DNA of 64,000 nucleotides from Podarcis muralis (lineage: Eukaryota), in NCBI RefSeq assembly GCF_964188315.1, contig NC_135662.1, positions 7,626,001 through 7,690,000 of the forward strand. Reading direction: 5' to 3'. Position numbers and translations under genes: made by a program. Each line of letters begins with the position of its first letter. Position 1 is the stretch's first letter. This document shows positions 34,952 through 46,616 of this stretch, one piece after another. The notes beneath the pieces are model-generated. The model made no database searches, was not told the origin of the DNA, and worked only from the letters and a program-made list of their open reading frames with translations.

Positions 34952-35176
34952 CAGTGGTATCTCTAGTTATGAACTTAATATTTTCCAGAGCTCCATTCTT
35001 AACCTGAAATTGTTCTTAACTAGAGGCATGCTTTCGCTAATGGGGCCTCTTGCTGCTGCTGCGCCACACGATTTCTGTTCTCATGCTGGGGCAAAGTTCT
35101 CAACTCGAGGTAACTCTTCCAGGTTAGCGGAGTTAACATTTGTAACCTGAGGCGTTTGTAATTTGAGGTATCACTG
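34952..35176. mobile_element. Tigger-like MITE, diverged
   Basis: CAGTGGTATCTC...GAGGTATCACTG, TA flanks. Confidence 0.8.
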
Positions 35177-35236
35177 TATCCCTAGTTGGAATGGCAGATG
35201 ATGGCAAGATTTATAGAGAAGCATTTGCACTTATTA

Positions 35237-35602
35237 GGGGACGCGGGTGGCGCTGTGGGTAAAAGCCTCAGCGCCTAGGGCTTGCCGATCAAAAGGTCGG
35301 TGGTTCGAATCCCTGCAGCGGGGTGCACTCCCGTTGCTCGGTCCCAGCGCCTGCCAACCTAGCAGTTCGAAAGCACCCCCGGCTGCAAGTAGATAAATAG
35401 GGACCGCTTACTAGCGGGAAGGTAAACGGCGTTTCCGTGTGCAGCTCTGGCTTGCCAGAGCAGCGATGTCATGCTGGCCACGTGACCCGGAAGTGTCTCC
35501 GGACAGCGCTGGCCCCCGGCCTCTTGAGTGAGATGGGCGCACAACCCCAGAGTCTGTCAAGACTGGCCTGTACAGGCAGGGGTACCTTTACCTTTACCTT
35601 TT
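35237..35602 (+). mobile_element. Sauria SINE, full length
   Basis: Head and tail present; 14-bp TSD ATTTGCACTTATTA (35223-35236 and 35603-35616). Confidence 0.95.
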
Positions 35603-35659
35603 ATTTGCACTTATTACTCCTGATATCTCATGAAAGGAGCTGAAAGATGTACGTTATGC

Positions 35660-35775
35660 TTTATGTCTTGGCTTAATCAGTTGGCCAACAACATGTGACA
35701 AGAAGACACCCTTTTACTGGCTGTCAAGATAGCCATCAATGAGTTTAGGAGGAGATTCTAGCCATGAAAGTCTTT
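35660..35775 (-). promoter_or_regulatory. Conserved upstream block, copy 4 (upstream of R3)
   Basis: Shares tgtcttggcttaatc exactly with copy 5; caagatagccatc..taggaggagattc is shared with copies 1 and 2. Confidence 0.62.
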
Positions 35776-36621
35776 GTGTTCTCTAACATTTAATTTCCAC
35801 AACCTAGCACCCTTACTAGCTGGAATAGAACCTAATAATTCAGTGCTATACTTCTCTTGGAACAAACACTTCATATAGCAGAGTTCAGCTGCTGGAATTA
35901 TGTTTAGTGTTACATAAAATGCAGTATTTAAAATAACATTATGTTTGAGTTGTAAAAATAATGATATATTTTTCTGTGATGTATTTCCACACAAGGGTGG
36001 GGCAAGCTAGGTCTTGTGACTTAGAGATCACAAGTGTTAGGGCTGTAACGAGTATTATACCAAAGTTTGCATGTGCTAATAGGGTTTGTCTCAGAGGAAA
36101 GATGATCAGAAACAGCACACAGGCAGTGTCTCTCCCTGGGCATCGGCTGAAGCACAGAGGTGAACAAGAGGGAGAGAATACTTTGGTTTCTAGCTGGGTA
36201 GCTATATTTTCTTCTGTAAATATGTTTAGAATAATCACACTAGGGCCAGTGTAGATAAAGTTTGTAAGACTGGAACAATTGCAAAAGACTTATTGTTTTT
36301 GTAACATTGGAACCAAGTTTCAGCAAGGAAAGCTTGAAAGCTTATTTTTTCTTGTGTTGAAGAATTTATTTCTGCACAAGAGTCAGATTAGAGAGAAATA
36401 TTCTGCTCACAATATATATCTGGCAACAACCACAAAGTTAATAATTCATAATAGTCATGCAAATCTTTGGCAGAGCAACCAATGCGACTTTGCAGAGGAG
36501 CCTACATTTCATCCATGGAAAAGTCAATGATTTCTGCATACACCTCTTTTCATGCCATATTGAGATAAGCAAGCTATATCATCGCAGCATAAAGAAATAT
36601 TACAGTCAGACAACAGCATTA

Positions 36622-37587
36622 TTATGTAAGGATCATAAGCGGATTTGAAATGGGACGGTCCATTTCCTGTCCGTTGTCTTCCTCCACATTCAAAGCCCTC
36701 TGGAGAATGACCTGCAGGCTCTCCTTGGATCGACCTCGCTTCTTCCTCCCAACCAGAAAATAGATCAAGGGGTTAGCACTGCTGTTTAAGGTGGCACACA
36801 GAAAGGCATAATGGTGTAGATCAGGAATGTCAAAAGCTAGAAAATGATTAAGGGCAATAAGGGCGTCAAGTGGAAAAGCAAGCATGAGGAAGAAGAGAAG
36901 AGTAAGTAAAATAACCATTAAAAGCCTTCCCCTCTTTCGCTGGCGTGATTTAAAGCAGACTTTGATGAATAAGATCACCGTTGAAATTGTCATCAGTGTG
37001 AGGCAAAGCAGGGCAGACAAGAGTAATTGGAAGCTTGCTGTGAAGTAATAGCTAAATATGCTAAATAACTGGAGTATGTAGAGAATTATGGTGAACAGAA
37101 AGCAGAGGACCCATATGAGGGAACACACAGTGGTGGACAGATGTGTCGGCCGGTGGCACCGATGCCAAATAGGGAAGAGGACAGACACACATCTGTCAAT
37201 GCTGATGGCTGTCAGGAGAAGTAGATCAGTGTTGTACGTGAACATTAAGAGATGAAGAGTTATTAAAGAAGCATCTTTGCCTAGACGAGTCAAAGCAATA
37301 CAATGATATATCTCTACAGTCATGAGGAAGGCAAAGTCAGCAACAGCCAAGTTCAGGATGTAGGTGGTGAACTGGTTCTTCTTAGTGCAGAAGCTAAGAA
37401 GCCAGATGGTGGTTCCATTTCCCAAAAATCCAGCACAACAGATAACCAAACTGAACATATAGAAAATAGCTTCTTTCAATGGATTATACCAGTCATTTTC
37501 TTGGCCAGTATATGAGCTATTATCATGCTCAGAACCTGTCCAAGCCTCCATATCGGAACTGGAAGTCCAGCTGCTATTTACCATCAT
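36622..37587 (-). CDS. MAS-related GPCR, R4, 321 aa
   Basis: First ATG is at 37587 (the track start 37593 is GTG); acceptor AG at 37642-37643; AGFLGNG, YILNLAVADF, ISIDRC, NSSANPLIYFLVG. Confidence 0.95.
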   Translation of the reverse strand: MMVNSSWTSSSDMEAWTGSEHDNSSYTGQENDWYNPLKEAIFYMFSLVICCAGFLGNGTTIWLLSFCTKKNQFTTYILNLAVADFAFLMTVEIYHCIALTRLGKDASLITLHLLMFTYNTDLLLLTAISIDRCVSVLFPIWHRCHRPTHLSTTVCSLIWVLCFLFTIILYILQLFSIFSYYFTASFQLLLSALLCLTLMTISTVILFIKVCFKSRQRKRGRLLMVILLTLLFFLMLAFPLDALIALNHFLAFDIPDLHHYAFLCATLNSSANPLIYFLVGRKKRGRSKESLQVILQRALNVEEDNGQEMDRPISNPLMILT

Positions 37588-38327
37588 GCTCACTTGCTCC
37601 TTGTGGGATCCTTATCTCTTCTTCTAGAGTATGAGTGACGGCTAAGAGAAATAAAATGTTACAGAGAACATTTCAAGTGGAAAAGTTCAAGTGGAATTCC
37701 ATACATGACCCAGAATGATGTGTTCTTCTCAGTTTGGCTTTGCTCAGAGACTTGAGGGCGGTGCTATTGCAAAGGAATCAGAAAAGGTCATTGTAGTCCA
37801 TGCTGTCTTACTTCGATCAAAATCCACTCCCGCCAGTAGATACTCTAGCACATCCCTTTCAATATCCTTCCAGAATAGATGCTGTATAGGGGCATTTCCC
37901 TCCAATAACCTATAAGAATAAGATTGGTGGAACATTTTGATTGCCAATGGACACAATGACCCATCACCAGTCCTCTGGGAGACAAATGTCAAAGTAGGTA
38001 TGGCTGAACCCAACCAATTCATTTCCATTTGCCTCAATAAATATAGCACCGTCTCCTTACAAGGTATTCATTATTTATTCCCCCTTTATTCATGTCCACC
38101 CCTTTTGAGATACCATATTGATTTCCACCCCATCCACCCACATCTGCTTTCCCCCTTTCTCTTCCACCCATATGAGAAGGTCTGAAGCTCATAGAGAACA
38201 TGTCTGCTTTGTATTCAGAAGGTACAAAAACTGACCCTCAGCATTTCCAGGTAGATATGGGAATGTCCTCCATGAACCATTGAGATTCACTACCAGCCAG
38301 GGAAGATAATAACAGTTATTCCGTACC

Positions 38328-38477
38328 TAGAGCATGAGACTGGTTGAGCAAGAGACTCTTAATCTCAGGGTTGTGAGTTTGAGCCCCATTTTGGCTGAAA
38401 GATTCCTGCATTGCAGAGGCTTGGAGTAGATGATTCTCATGTTCCTTTCCAACTCTAGAATTCTGTGATTTTATGAT
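38328..38477 (+). mobile_element. tRNA-Lys(CTT)-derived SINE with a CR1-type tail
   Basis: AGAGCATGAGACT..CTTAATCTCAGGGTTGTGAGTTTGAGCCCC follows the tRNA-Lys-CTT 3' half; tail CCTTTCCAACTCTAGAATTCTGTGATT. A partial duplicate lies at 41971-42073. Confidence 0.75.
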
Positions 38478-38959
38478 GTATTCTACAATACCTGCAAAAA
38501 CACACAATGTACTTATTGACTCTGGATCCCATGTTCTCTCTCTCCCCTAAGAATCTGCTTTAAACTGAGTCTGATCATTGGTCCATCTACGTAGTTCAGT
38601 ATTGGTCACATTGACTACCAGACACTCCTAGGGATTTCAAAGAAGGTTGTCTCTGATCCCAGCAGGAGACTCAAATAGAGACATTCCATATGCAAAGCAG
38701 CTGCTACGCACTGAGCTACTTGGCCATGTCTTCCTACGTCTTTTCCCATGCATGTTTCTAATTTGCTCTGTCACTAAGCTTCACCCAACCACCCAGAGGG
38801 TACTTATTTTACAACTTGCTGACAAAGTATGGATTGGGAGTCTTCAGATATGGTGATCAGAAGACAACAGGGACAAAGTATCCTGCAACAGAATGGGAGG
38901 TACTAAGGTCTTAGCAAGGCAATGGGGCACCAATCATTCCTCAAAGAAAAATGGGAAAT

Positions 38960-39250
38960 CTTACCAATTTCATGCCGATCCCACCTATTCTTTGTCTTGG
39001 CTTAATCTGTTTCCCTGCCTCATGTAGCAATATCATGTTCTTTAAGTGGTTGTGAGGATAAATGCCATCTGGCCTAGGAGGAGGAGACTCTTGTCATTTA
39101 AAGACCTATGTCCCCAAATGCCAGTTTGTAATGAGTACTGAAGGGGAAACTGAACACACGTCTCATGTGCTTCTTTATCTGTAACGGCCAAGTAAAACAT
39201 CTCAGGACCTGTCATGATAACAGATAAAACCATCCTTGCCCTTTAACGGC
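38960..39250 (-). promoter_or_regulatory. Conserved upstream block, copy 5 (predicted promoter and exon 1 of R4)
   Basis: Minus-strand donor TG|GTAAGA at 38964; core aggaggaggagactcttgtcat; TTATCT (GATA) 39175-39180; TCATGTG 39163-39169; TAACGG at 39182 and 39244. Confidence 0.65.
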
Positions 39251-39396
39251 ATATAACATTTGCCCAATATGCACATTTTGTAGGGAGGGGGTGAGCACAG
39301 AAGGGAAAATAAGATTTTCCAAAATGTCTTGCTGTTTCTTCCCTGTGTAAAACCATAGGTGAGAAGTGGAGTGGGATGCAAGAGCTGTCGGTTCTT

Positions 39397-39855
39397 AAGG
39401 ATGGTGACTGGGAGCAGCCTCCGAGACCATATAACACCGGTCTTGAAAGACCTACACTGGCTCCCAGGACTGTTCTGAGCACAATTCAAATTGTTGGTGC
39501 TGACCTTTAAAGCCCTAAATGGCCTCAGTCCTGTATACCCGAAGGAGCGTCTCCACCTTCGTCGTTCTGCCCGGACACTGAGGTCCAGCGCTGAGGGCCT
39601 TCTGGCGGTTCCCTTGCTGCAAGAAGCCAAGTTACAGGGAACCAGGCAGAGGGCCTTCTCAGTAGTGGCACCCGCCCTGTGGAACGCCCTCCCACCAGAT
39701 GTCAAAGAGACAAACAACTAACAAATTTCAGAAGACATCTGAAGGCAGCCCGGTTTAGGGAAGCTTTTAATGTTTAATAGGTTGTTGTATTTTAGTGTTC
39801 TGTTGAAAGCCCACCACCGTGGCTGGGGAAACCCAGCCAGATGGGCGGGGTATAA

Positions 39856-39903
<48 letters not shown>
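39397..39903 (+). mobile_element. L2 LINE 3' end with (TTA)n tail; present in unit A only
   Basis: HITPVLKDLHWLP..LVLTFKALNGL..RAFSVVAPALWNALP. Absent at the equivalent position in unit B (about 42990). Confidence 0.9.
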
Positions 39904-40295
39904 TCTTTCTACAGATGAACAGGCAATGAGAGTGACAGTTCTTTTCTAGCTACATGTCACTGAAGCCTACCTTAACTTAAGCCAGCTGTCCTCCTTAACA
40001 GGAGATTGGGTAAGGCAGACACCCAAGATATATGCCAATACCATGTGTTCTTTTTAAAACTGAAATTTTATTAAGAAATTTTGTAATACAATGAAAAACA
40101 AACTACATACAATAGGTGAGTGGGGCAAAGAAGAAAAATTGAGATAACAAAAGACATGACTTCTACCTTTGTAAAGTAGGATACATTTCAGCTATACAAA
40201 CCTCAAAATTTTCAACAAAACCCCAGCCTCTTTTTCTGGTGAGCAATAGTCATCAGTGCAGTCCAAGGACACATTACAGCCAGACCAAAGAACTC

Positions 40296-41264
40296 TTATG
40301 AAAGGTTCCTCAGTGGGTTCGAACAAGGAGGGTCCATTTCCTGTCTGCCATTCTCCTCCTCATTCAAAACCCGCTGGAGGATGGCCAGAAGACTCTCCCT
40401 AGACTGACCTCCCTTCCTCCTCCCAACCAGAAAATAGAGGAAGGGGTTCACGCAGCTGTTGAGGGAGGCACACAAAATGGCATAATGGAATAGACCAGAA
40501 ATATTCAAGCCCACAAAGGATAAAACAAGAAGAAGGGCATTGAGGGGGAAAGCAAGCATGAGGAAAAAGAGGAGTGTAAGTAAAATAACCGTTAAAAGCC
40601 TTCCCCGCTTTCGTGGGTGTGATTTAAAACAGACTTTGACGAAAAGGATCACAGTTGAAATTGTCATCAGTGGGAGGCAAAGCAGTCCAGTCAAGATATA
40701 TTGGCCTGTTTCTGATAACCAATATGGAAAGGTGTAATAGTTTTCAAGAATGTAGAGCATTACCCAGAGCAGACAGGAGAGGACCCATATGAGGGCACAC
40801 ACAGTGGTGGACAAATGGGTCGGCCGGACACACCGATGCCAAATAGGGAAGAGGACAGACAAACATCTGTCAATGCTGATGGCTGTCAGAAGAAGTTGGC
40901 CAGTGTTGTATGTGAAGGATAAGAGACAAAAAGCAATACTATGAAGAACATAATAAGGAAACGGAGTAAAAGAATAGATCTCTAAGCTCAGGAGGAATGC
41001 AAAGTCAGCAACAGCCAAATTAAGGATGTAGGTGGTGAACGGTTTCCTCCTAATGTGGAAAACAAGAAGCCAGATGACAGTTCCATTCCCCAAAAATCCC
41101 ACACAGCAGGTAACTAAAATGAAGACATTTAGTATAAATATTTTAAATGGGTAATAAGGGGAATCTCCTTGGTCATTAGATGAGCTATTGTAAGTGTCAT
41201 TATACTCTTTATATGTCACAGCAACCGCAGCAGATTGCAAAGTCCCATTCGTATTTATTTCCAT
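40296..41264 (-). CDS. MAS-related GPCR, R5, 322 aa
   Basis: Intact 7TM ORF; the paralogous first ATG is ACG here, so the second ATG is used; acceptor AG at 41319-41320. Confidence 0.95.
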   Translation of the reverse strand: MEINTNGTLQSAAVAVTYKEYNDTYNSSSNDQGDSPYYPFKIFILNVFILVTCCVGFLGNGTVIWLLVFHIRRKPFTTYILNLAVADFAFLLSLEIYSFTPFPYYVLHSIAFCLLSFTYNTGQLLLTAISIDRCLSVLFPIWHRCVRPTHLSTTVCALIWVLSCLLWVMLYILENYYTFPYWLSETGQYILTGLLCLPLMTISTVILFVKVCFKSHPRKRGRLLTVILLTLLFFLMLAFPLNALLLVLSFVGLNISGLFHYAILCASLNSCVNPFLYFLVGRRKGGQSRESLLAILQRVLNEEENGRQEMDPPCSNPLRNLS

Positions 41265-41802
41265 GTTGAATGACGGCGTGTGGAATCCTTGTCACCTCTT
41301 CTGGAGCATAAGTTTCCTCTAGGAAAATATCACAAAGATGTTTGACTCAGCTGGAATTCTGTGCAAAACTCAGAATTGTGAGAGCGAAGAGCCCATTGAA
41401 CAACATATAAACCCACCTCATCTGTCTATCAAGTCAAAAGTCATATATGTGCAGTTCTCTGCAATATAACTGAATCCCCCACATAGGCCACACCCCTCTG
41501 GATTTTTTCTCATTGAGGTTTTTTTGGACTTTAGTGAGTTAGTTTACCTGGAAACTTGGTTTGATTAGTGACAAGAGAAGAAGTCAGTACAGCATTTCCT
41601 GGTCTTCTGGCATTATTGTCTGATACGTAATGTCTCTCCAAAATTGAGGTTCAGTCATATTTCTTTTGCTATGGCCAAGCTCATCATTCCTGCTTAGGAA
41701 GAGATATCAGTAAGGATGAAGGAGATGGACTGAGACAGAATGAGAAGGATGCCACCTTGTTTAGCGAAGATTGATATAAAGTTTTATAGCAGTGAATTTT
41801 AT

Positions 41803-41922
41803 AGCCGTGGCGTGGCGGCAGTGGGAGGCCCCATTAGCGAAAGTACACCTAAGGTTAAGAACCCTTTCGGATTAAGAAAGGACCTCCGGAATGAATTAAG
41901 TTCGTAACCCGAGATACTACTG
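41803..41922. mobile_element. Half Tigger-like MITE at the unit A/B junction
   Basis: Only the right half and right TIR (AACCCGAGATACTACTG-TA) are present. Confidence 0.75.
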
Positions 41923-42548
41923 TATCCTAATTTACTAACTAGTTGCAGGAAACAAAATTACTGCTTCAGAAGGGTTGTGAGTTTGAGCCCCACTTTGGTT
42001 GAAAGATTCCTGCATTGCAGGAGCTTGGGCAAGATGGTCCTCATGGTCCCTTCCAACTCTACAATTTTATGATGTATTCTACAATACTTGCAACACACCA
42101 TGCACTTATTGACTCTGGATCCCATGTTCTCTCTCTCCCCTAAGAATCTGCCTTAAACTGAGTCTGATCATTGGTCCATCTAGCTCAGTATTGGTCACAT
42201 TGACAACCAGACACGCCTAGGGATTTCAAAGAAGGTTGTCTCTGATCCCAGCAGGAGACTAAAATGGAGACATTCCATATGCAAAGCAGCTGCTACGCAC
42301 TGAGCTACTTGGCCATGTCTTCCCATGTCTTTTCCCATGCATGCTTCTAATTTGCTCTGTCACTAAGCTTCAGCCAACCACCCAGAGGGCAGTTATTTTA
42401 CAACTTGCTGACAAAGTATGGATTGGGAGTCTTCAGATATGGTGATCAGAAGACAACAGAGCCAAAGTATCCTGCAACAGAATGGTAGGTACTAGGGTCT
42501 TAGCAAGGCAAAGGGGCGCCAATCATTCCTCAAAGAAAAATGGGAAAT

Positions 42549-42840
42549 CTTACCGATCTCATGCCGATCCCACCTATTCTTTGTCTTGGCTTAATCTGTT
42601 TCCCTGCCTCATGTAGCAAGATCATGTTCTTTAAGTGGTTGTGAGGATAAATGCCATCTGGCCCAGGAGGAGGAGACTCTTGTCATTTAAAGACCTATGT
42701 CCCCAAATGCCAGTTTGTAATGCGTACTGAAGGGGAAACTGAACACACGTCTCATGTGCTTCTTTATCTGTAACGGCCAAGTAAAACATCTCAGGACCTG
42801 TCATGATAACAGATAAAACCATCCTTGCCCTTTAACGGCA
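42549..42840 (-). promoter_or_regulatory. Conserved upstream block, copy 6 (upstream of R5; near-identical to copy 5)
   Basis: Donor at 42553; TCATGTG 42752-42758; TTATCT 42764-42769; TAACGG at 42771 and 42833. Confidence 0.65.
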
Positions 42841-43136
42841 AAAAACATTTGCCCAATATGCACATTTTGTAAGGAGGGGGTGAGCACAGAAGAGAAAATA
42901 AGATTTTCTGAAATGTCTTGCTGTTTCTTCCCTGTGTAAAATCATAGGTCAGAAGGTGAGTGGGATGCAAGAGCTGTCAGTTCTTAAGGATGTCAAAATG
43001 AGTTTTTTAAAATTGTAAAACAGAAAATTTAATAGAAATTATAAAAAGACTCCTTTATTTTTTTCTACAGGTGAATGTGCAGTGAGAGTGACAGTTCTTT
43101 GCTAGCTACATGTCGCTGAAGCCCACCTTAACTTAA

Positions 43137-43385
43137 GCCAGTGTGGTGTAGTGGTTAAGCGCGGTAAACTCGTAATCTGGTGAACTGGGTTCGCTTCCCC
43201 GCTCCTCCACATGCAGCTGCTGGGTGACCTTGGGCTAGTCACACTTCTTTGAAGTCTCTCAGCCTCACTCACCTCACAGAGTATTTGTTGTGAGGGAGGA
43301 AGGGAAAGGAGAATGTTAGCCGCTTTGAGACTCCTGAAGGGGAGTGATAAAGCGGGATATCAAATACAAACTCTTCTTCTTCCTC
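43137..43385 (+). mobile_element. tRNA-derived SINE (MIR/Squam3-like); present in unit B only
   Basis: Same family as 26948; the empty site (cttaagccagctgtcctcc) is in unit A at about 39980. Confidence 0.85.
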
Positions 43386-44456
43386 CTCCTCCTTAAAAGG
43401 AGATTGGGTAAGGTAGACACCCAAGATATATGCCAATACCATGTGTTCTTTTTAAAAGTTTTATTAAGAAATTTCATAATACAAGAAAAAACAAACTATT
43501 CTAATCAAAAAGAAAAGAAACAAGGAGAGAGAAAGGGATAGTACCATGCAAAGCCCTGTCTCACAAATATATCTTAACTTTTATACCAGACAGAAAAAGG
43601 TGTGCCCCCCCCCAGCTTTTACCCTCACCCTGGGAGATCTCCCCTTCCCTGTTTTTCACTCAGAGTCCTTCACTAGCTGTTCATCACCCTCATCTGCATG
43701 CAATTATTTCCTTAAGCCAGGACTCAGCCATGAAGTTGCAAATAAAGCATTTTAAGTGAGTTTTAAGTGCAATATACAAAGTGACAATAGATGCTGATGA
43801 TGAGCCTTATGGGAAATTCAATGTATTTTTAGAAACGCTTCTACAAAAGCATTTCCAGAATGGTTTTTATTTATGTGTAGAGTAAAGGACAGCAACAAGA
43901 GAAAGCAGATCTAAACAGACACAAAAGCAGGGGGGAAAAGAAAATACCATGCATCGAATGTATATGTCAGCAGTTAATACAAGTGCTTGCCTCAATATGG
44001 TATCATTCCTTGCTTGTTTATTGAACACAAATATAGACTGATTTTCAGGAAGCCAACTCTTCAGATAGCATTGTACAAGTACAAAATGACAACCATCAAA
44101 AATACAAAACGGGTGGGGTTTTTATATTAAAAAATAGGCACCCAAAATTCCTACTATTCACTAAAAATATATGTCTAAAGAGTGATAGATGAAGCTGAAC
44201 ACACTACGAAGTGTGTGCGTGTGCGTGTGTGGTCTTCAGGAAAGGCCTAAATCTCTAAAAGAATGGACCTTGCCTGTTCTTGCAGAGAATTGAATTCAGG
44301 AACTCCTGGAATCATACACTCAAAGAATTGTGGGGTTGGACGGGGCATCCAGGGACATCTGGTCCAACCTCCTGAAATCCAGGAATCTCAAATAAAGCAC
44401 CACGAGGTTGTTTAATCAGACATGGAATTAAATTCTGCAAATGTGGCCTATTTGTC

Positions 44457-44526
<70 letters not shown>

Positions 44527-45019
44527 TTTATTTATATCCCGCCCATCTGGCTGGGCTTCCCCTGCCTGGTTCTGCCTATGATTGCTGACAGGCACCTAAG
44601 TAGAGTCTCTGAATTAAATCATACGGTGCAGGTGGTCTCACAGGAGTGAAGGCAGTCCTTGAAATACCCAAGTTCCAAATCGGCAAGATTTAAAGGTCGC
44701 CATCATAACTTCCAAGTAGACTTTGGTTTGCTGTAGAAAGTGGTGCAGCTGATACAGTACAACTAAATGGAGTGAAGCCTCTTTCAGCCAAAGGGCTTCA
44801 CATCTTCGTAGCCAACATTTCAGGGGCCGTATACAATAGGTGAGTGGGGCACAGGAGAAAGATTGATATAACAAAAGACATGACTCCTCCCTTTGTAAAG
44901 TAGGATACATTTCAGCTATACAAACCTCAAAATTTTCAACAAAACCCCAGCCTCTTTTTCTGGTGAGCAATAGTCATCAATGCAGTCCAAGGACATATTA
45001 CAGCCAATCCAAAGAACTC

Positions 45020-46003
45020 TTATGAAAGTTTCCCAAGTGGGTTTGAACAAGGAGGGTCCATTTCCTGTCTGTCATTCTCCTCCTCATTCAAAACCCGCTG
45101 GAGGATGGCCAGAAGACTCTCCCTAGACTGACCTCCCTTCTTCCTCCCAACCAGAAAATAGAGAAAGGGGTTCACGCAGCTGTTGAGGGAGGCACACAAA
45201 ATGGCATACTGGAATAGACCAGAAATATTCAAGCCCACGAAGGATAAAGCAAGAAGAAGGGCATTGAGTGGGAAAGCAAGCACGAGGAAAAAGAGGAGTG
45301 TAAGTAAAATAACCGTTAAAAGCCTTCCCCGCTTTCGTGGGTGTGATTTAAAACAGACTTTGATGAAAAGGATCACAGTTGAAATTGTCATAAGTGGGAG
45401 GCAAAGCAGTCCAGTCAAGACATATTGGCCTGTTTCTGATAACCAATATGGAAAGGTGTAATATTTTTCAAAAATGTAGAGCATTACGCCGAGCAGACAG
45501 GAGAGGACCCATATGAGGGCACACACAGTGGTGGACAAATGTGTCGGCCGGACACACCGATGCCAAATAGGGAAGAGGACAGACACACATCTGTCAATGC
45601 TGATGGCTGTCAGAAGAAGTTGGCCAGTGTTGTATGTGAAGGATAAGAGACATTCATCAATACTATTAAGAACATCATCAGGAAACCAAATAAAGGTATG
45701 GAACTGTAGGCTCAGGAGGAATGCAAAGTCAGTAACAGCCAAATTAAGGATGTAGGTGGTGAACGGTTTCCTCCTAATGCGGAAACCAAGAAGCCAGATG
45801 ACAGTTCCATTCCCCAAAAATCCCACACAGCAGATAACTAAAACGAAGCAATATATTATAGATAATTCATATTGCTTATATTGCGAATCTTCTTGGTCAT
45901 TAGATGAGCTATTATAAGTGTCATTATACTCTTTATATGTCACAGAAACGGCAGCAGATTGCAAAGTCCCATTGATATGTCTCTCCACGCTGAATGACTG
46001 CAT
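45020..46003 (-). CDS. MAS-related GPCR, R6, 327 aa
   Basis: Intact 7TM ORF, ATG to TAA; acceptor AG at 46043-46044. Confidence 0.96.
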   Translation of the reverse strand: MQSFSVERHINGTLQSAAVSVTYKEYNDTYNSSSNDQEDSQYKQYELSIIYCFVLVICCVGFLGNGTVIWLLGFRIRRKPFTTYILNLAVTDFAFLLSLQFHTFIWFPDDVLNSIDECLLSFTYNTGQLLLTAISIDRCVSVLFPIWHRCVRPTHLSTTVCALIWVLSCLLGVMLYIFEKYYTFPYWLSETGQYVLTGLLCLPLMTISTVILFIKVCFKSHPRKRGRLLTVILLTLLFFLVLAFPLNALLLALSFVGLNISGLFQYAILCASLNSCVNPFLYFLVGRKKGGQSRESLLAILQRVLNEEENDRQEMDPPCSNPLGKLS

Positions 46004-46531
46004 GTGAAAATCTTGCCTCCTCTTCTGGAGCAGAAGTTTCCTCTAGGAAATGGAAAATATCACAAAGATGTCTGACTCAGCTGGAATTCTGTGCAAAACC
46101 CAGAATTGTGGGATCCAGGAACCCACTGAACAACACATAAACCTACAACATCTGTCTATCAAGCCAAAAGTCATATACGTGCAGTTCTTTGCAATATAAC
46201 TGAATCCCCCACATGGGCCACACCCCTCTGGATTTTTTCTCATTGAGCTTTTTTTTGGACTTTAGTGAGTTAGTTTACCTGGTAACTGGTTTTATTGGTG
46301 TGAAGAGAAGAAGTCAGTACAGCATTCCCAGGTCTTCTGGCACTACTGATATGTAATGTATCTCCAAAATTGGGGTTCAGTCATATTTCCTTTGCTATGG
46401 CCAAGCTCATCATTCCTGCTTAGGAAGAGATATCAGTAAGGATGAAGGAGATGGACAGACAGAATGAGAAAGATGCCACCTTGTTTAGGGAAAGATTGAT
46501 ATAAAGTTTTATAGCAGTGAATTTCACTTAC

Positions 46532-46616
46532 CTACTGCACATTCATCCAGGTGGGTGGGACTATCTTCCAATGCAATAAGAGCAGGCTAGGAATGAATGA
46601 GGGTGTGCAGCAGGTT
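46532..46616 (-). other. Predicted 85-nt non-coding internal 5' UTR exon of R6
   Basis: Acceptor cctctctttcAG (46617-46618) and consensus donor AG|GTAAGT (46531). Confidence 0.6.

Larger units (their letters stand above)
38367..41799. repeat. Segmental duplication unit A (R4 promoter block + R5 + part of its intron)
   Basis: Colinear with 41971-46520 from agggttgtgagtttgagcccc to gcagtgaattt. Confidence 0.9.
41971..46520. repeat. Segmental duplication unit B (copy of R4 promoter block + R6)
   Basis: Colinear with unit A, with unit-specific insertions (SINE 43137-43385 and extra sequence at about 43500-44640). Confidence 0.9.

Noticed and set aside
38328-38400. tRNA-Lys gene
   Set aside because: The 5' half is missing, the B-box is mutated and it is fused to a CR1-type tail, so it is a SINE and not a tRNA gene.
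41343-41351. TGACTCAGC (AP-1/ARE-like) upstream of R5-R8 acceptors
   Set aside because: Shared only because the whole flank is recently duplicated; no independent conservation.
41799-41971. Initial idea that R5 has no promoter and borrows R6 upstream exons
   Set aside because: A complete copy of the conserved block with its donor is present at 42549-42840.
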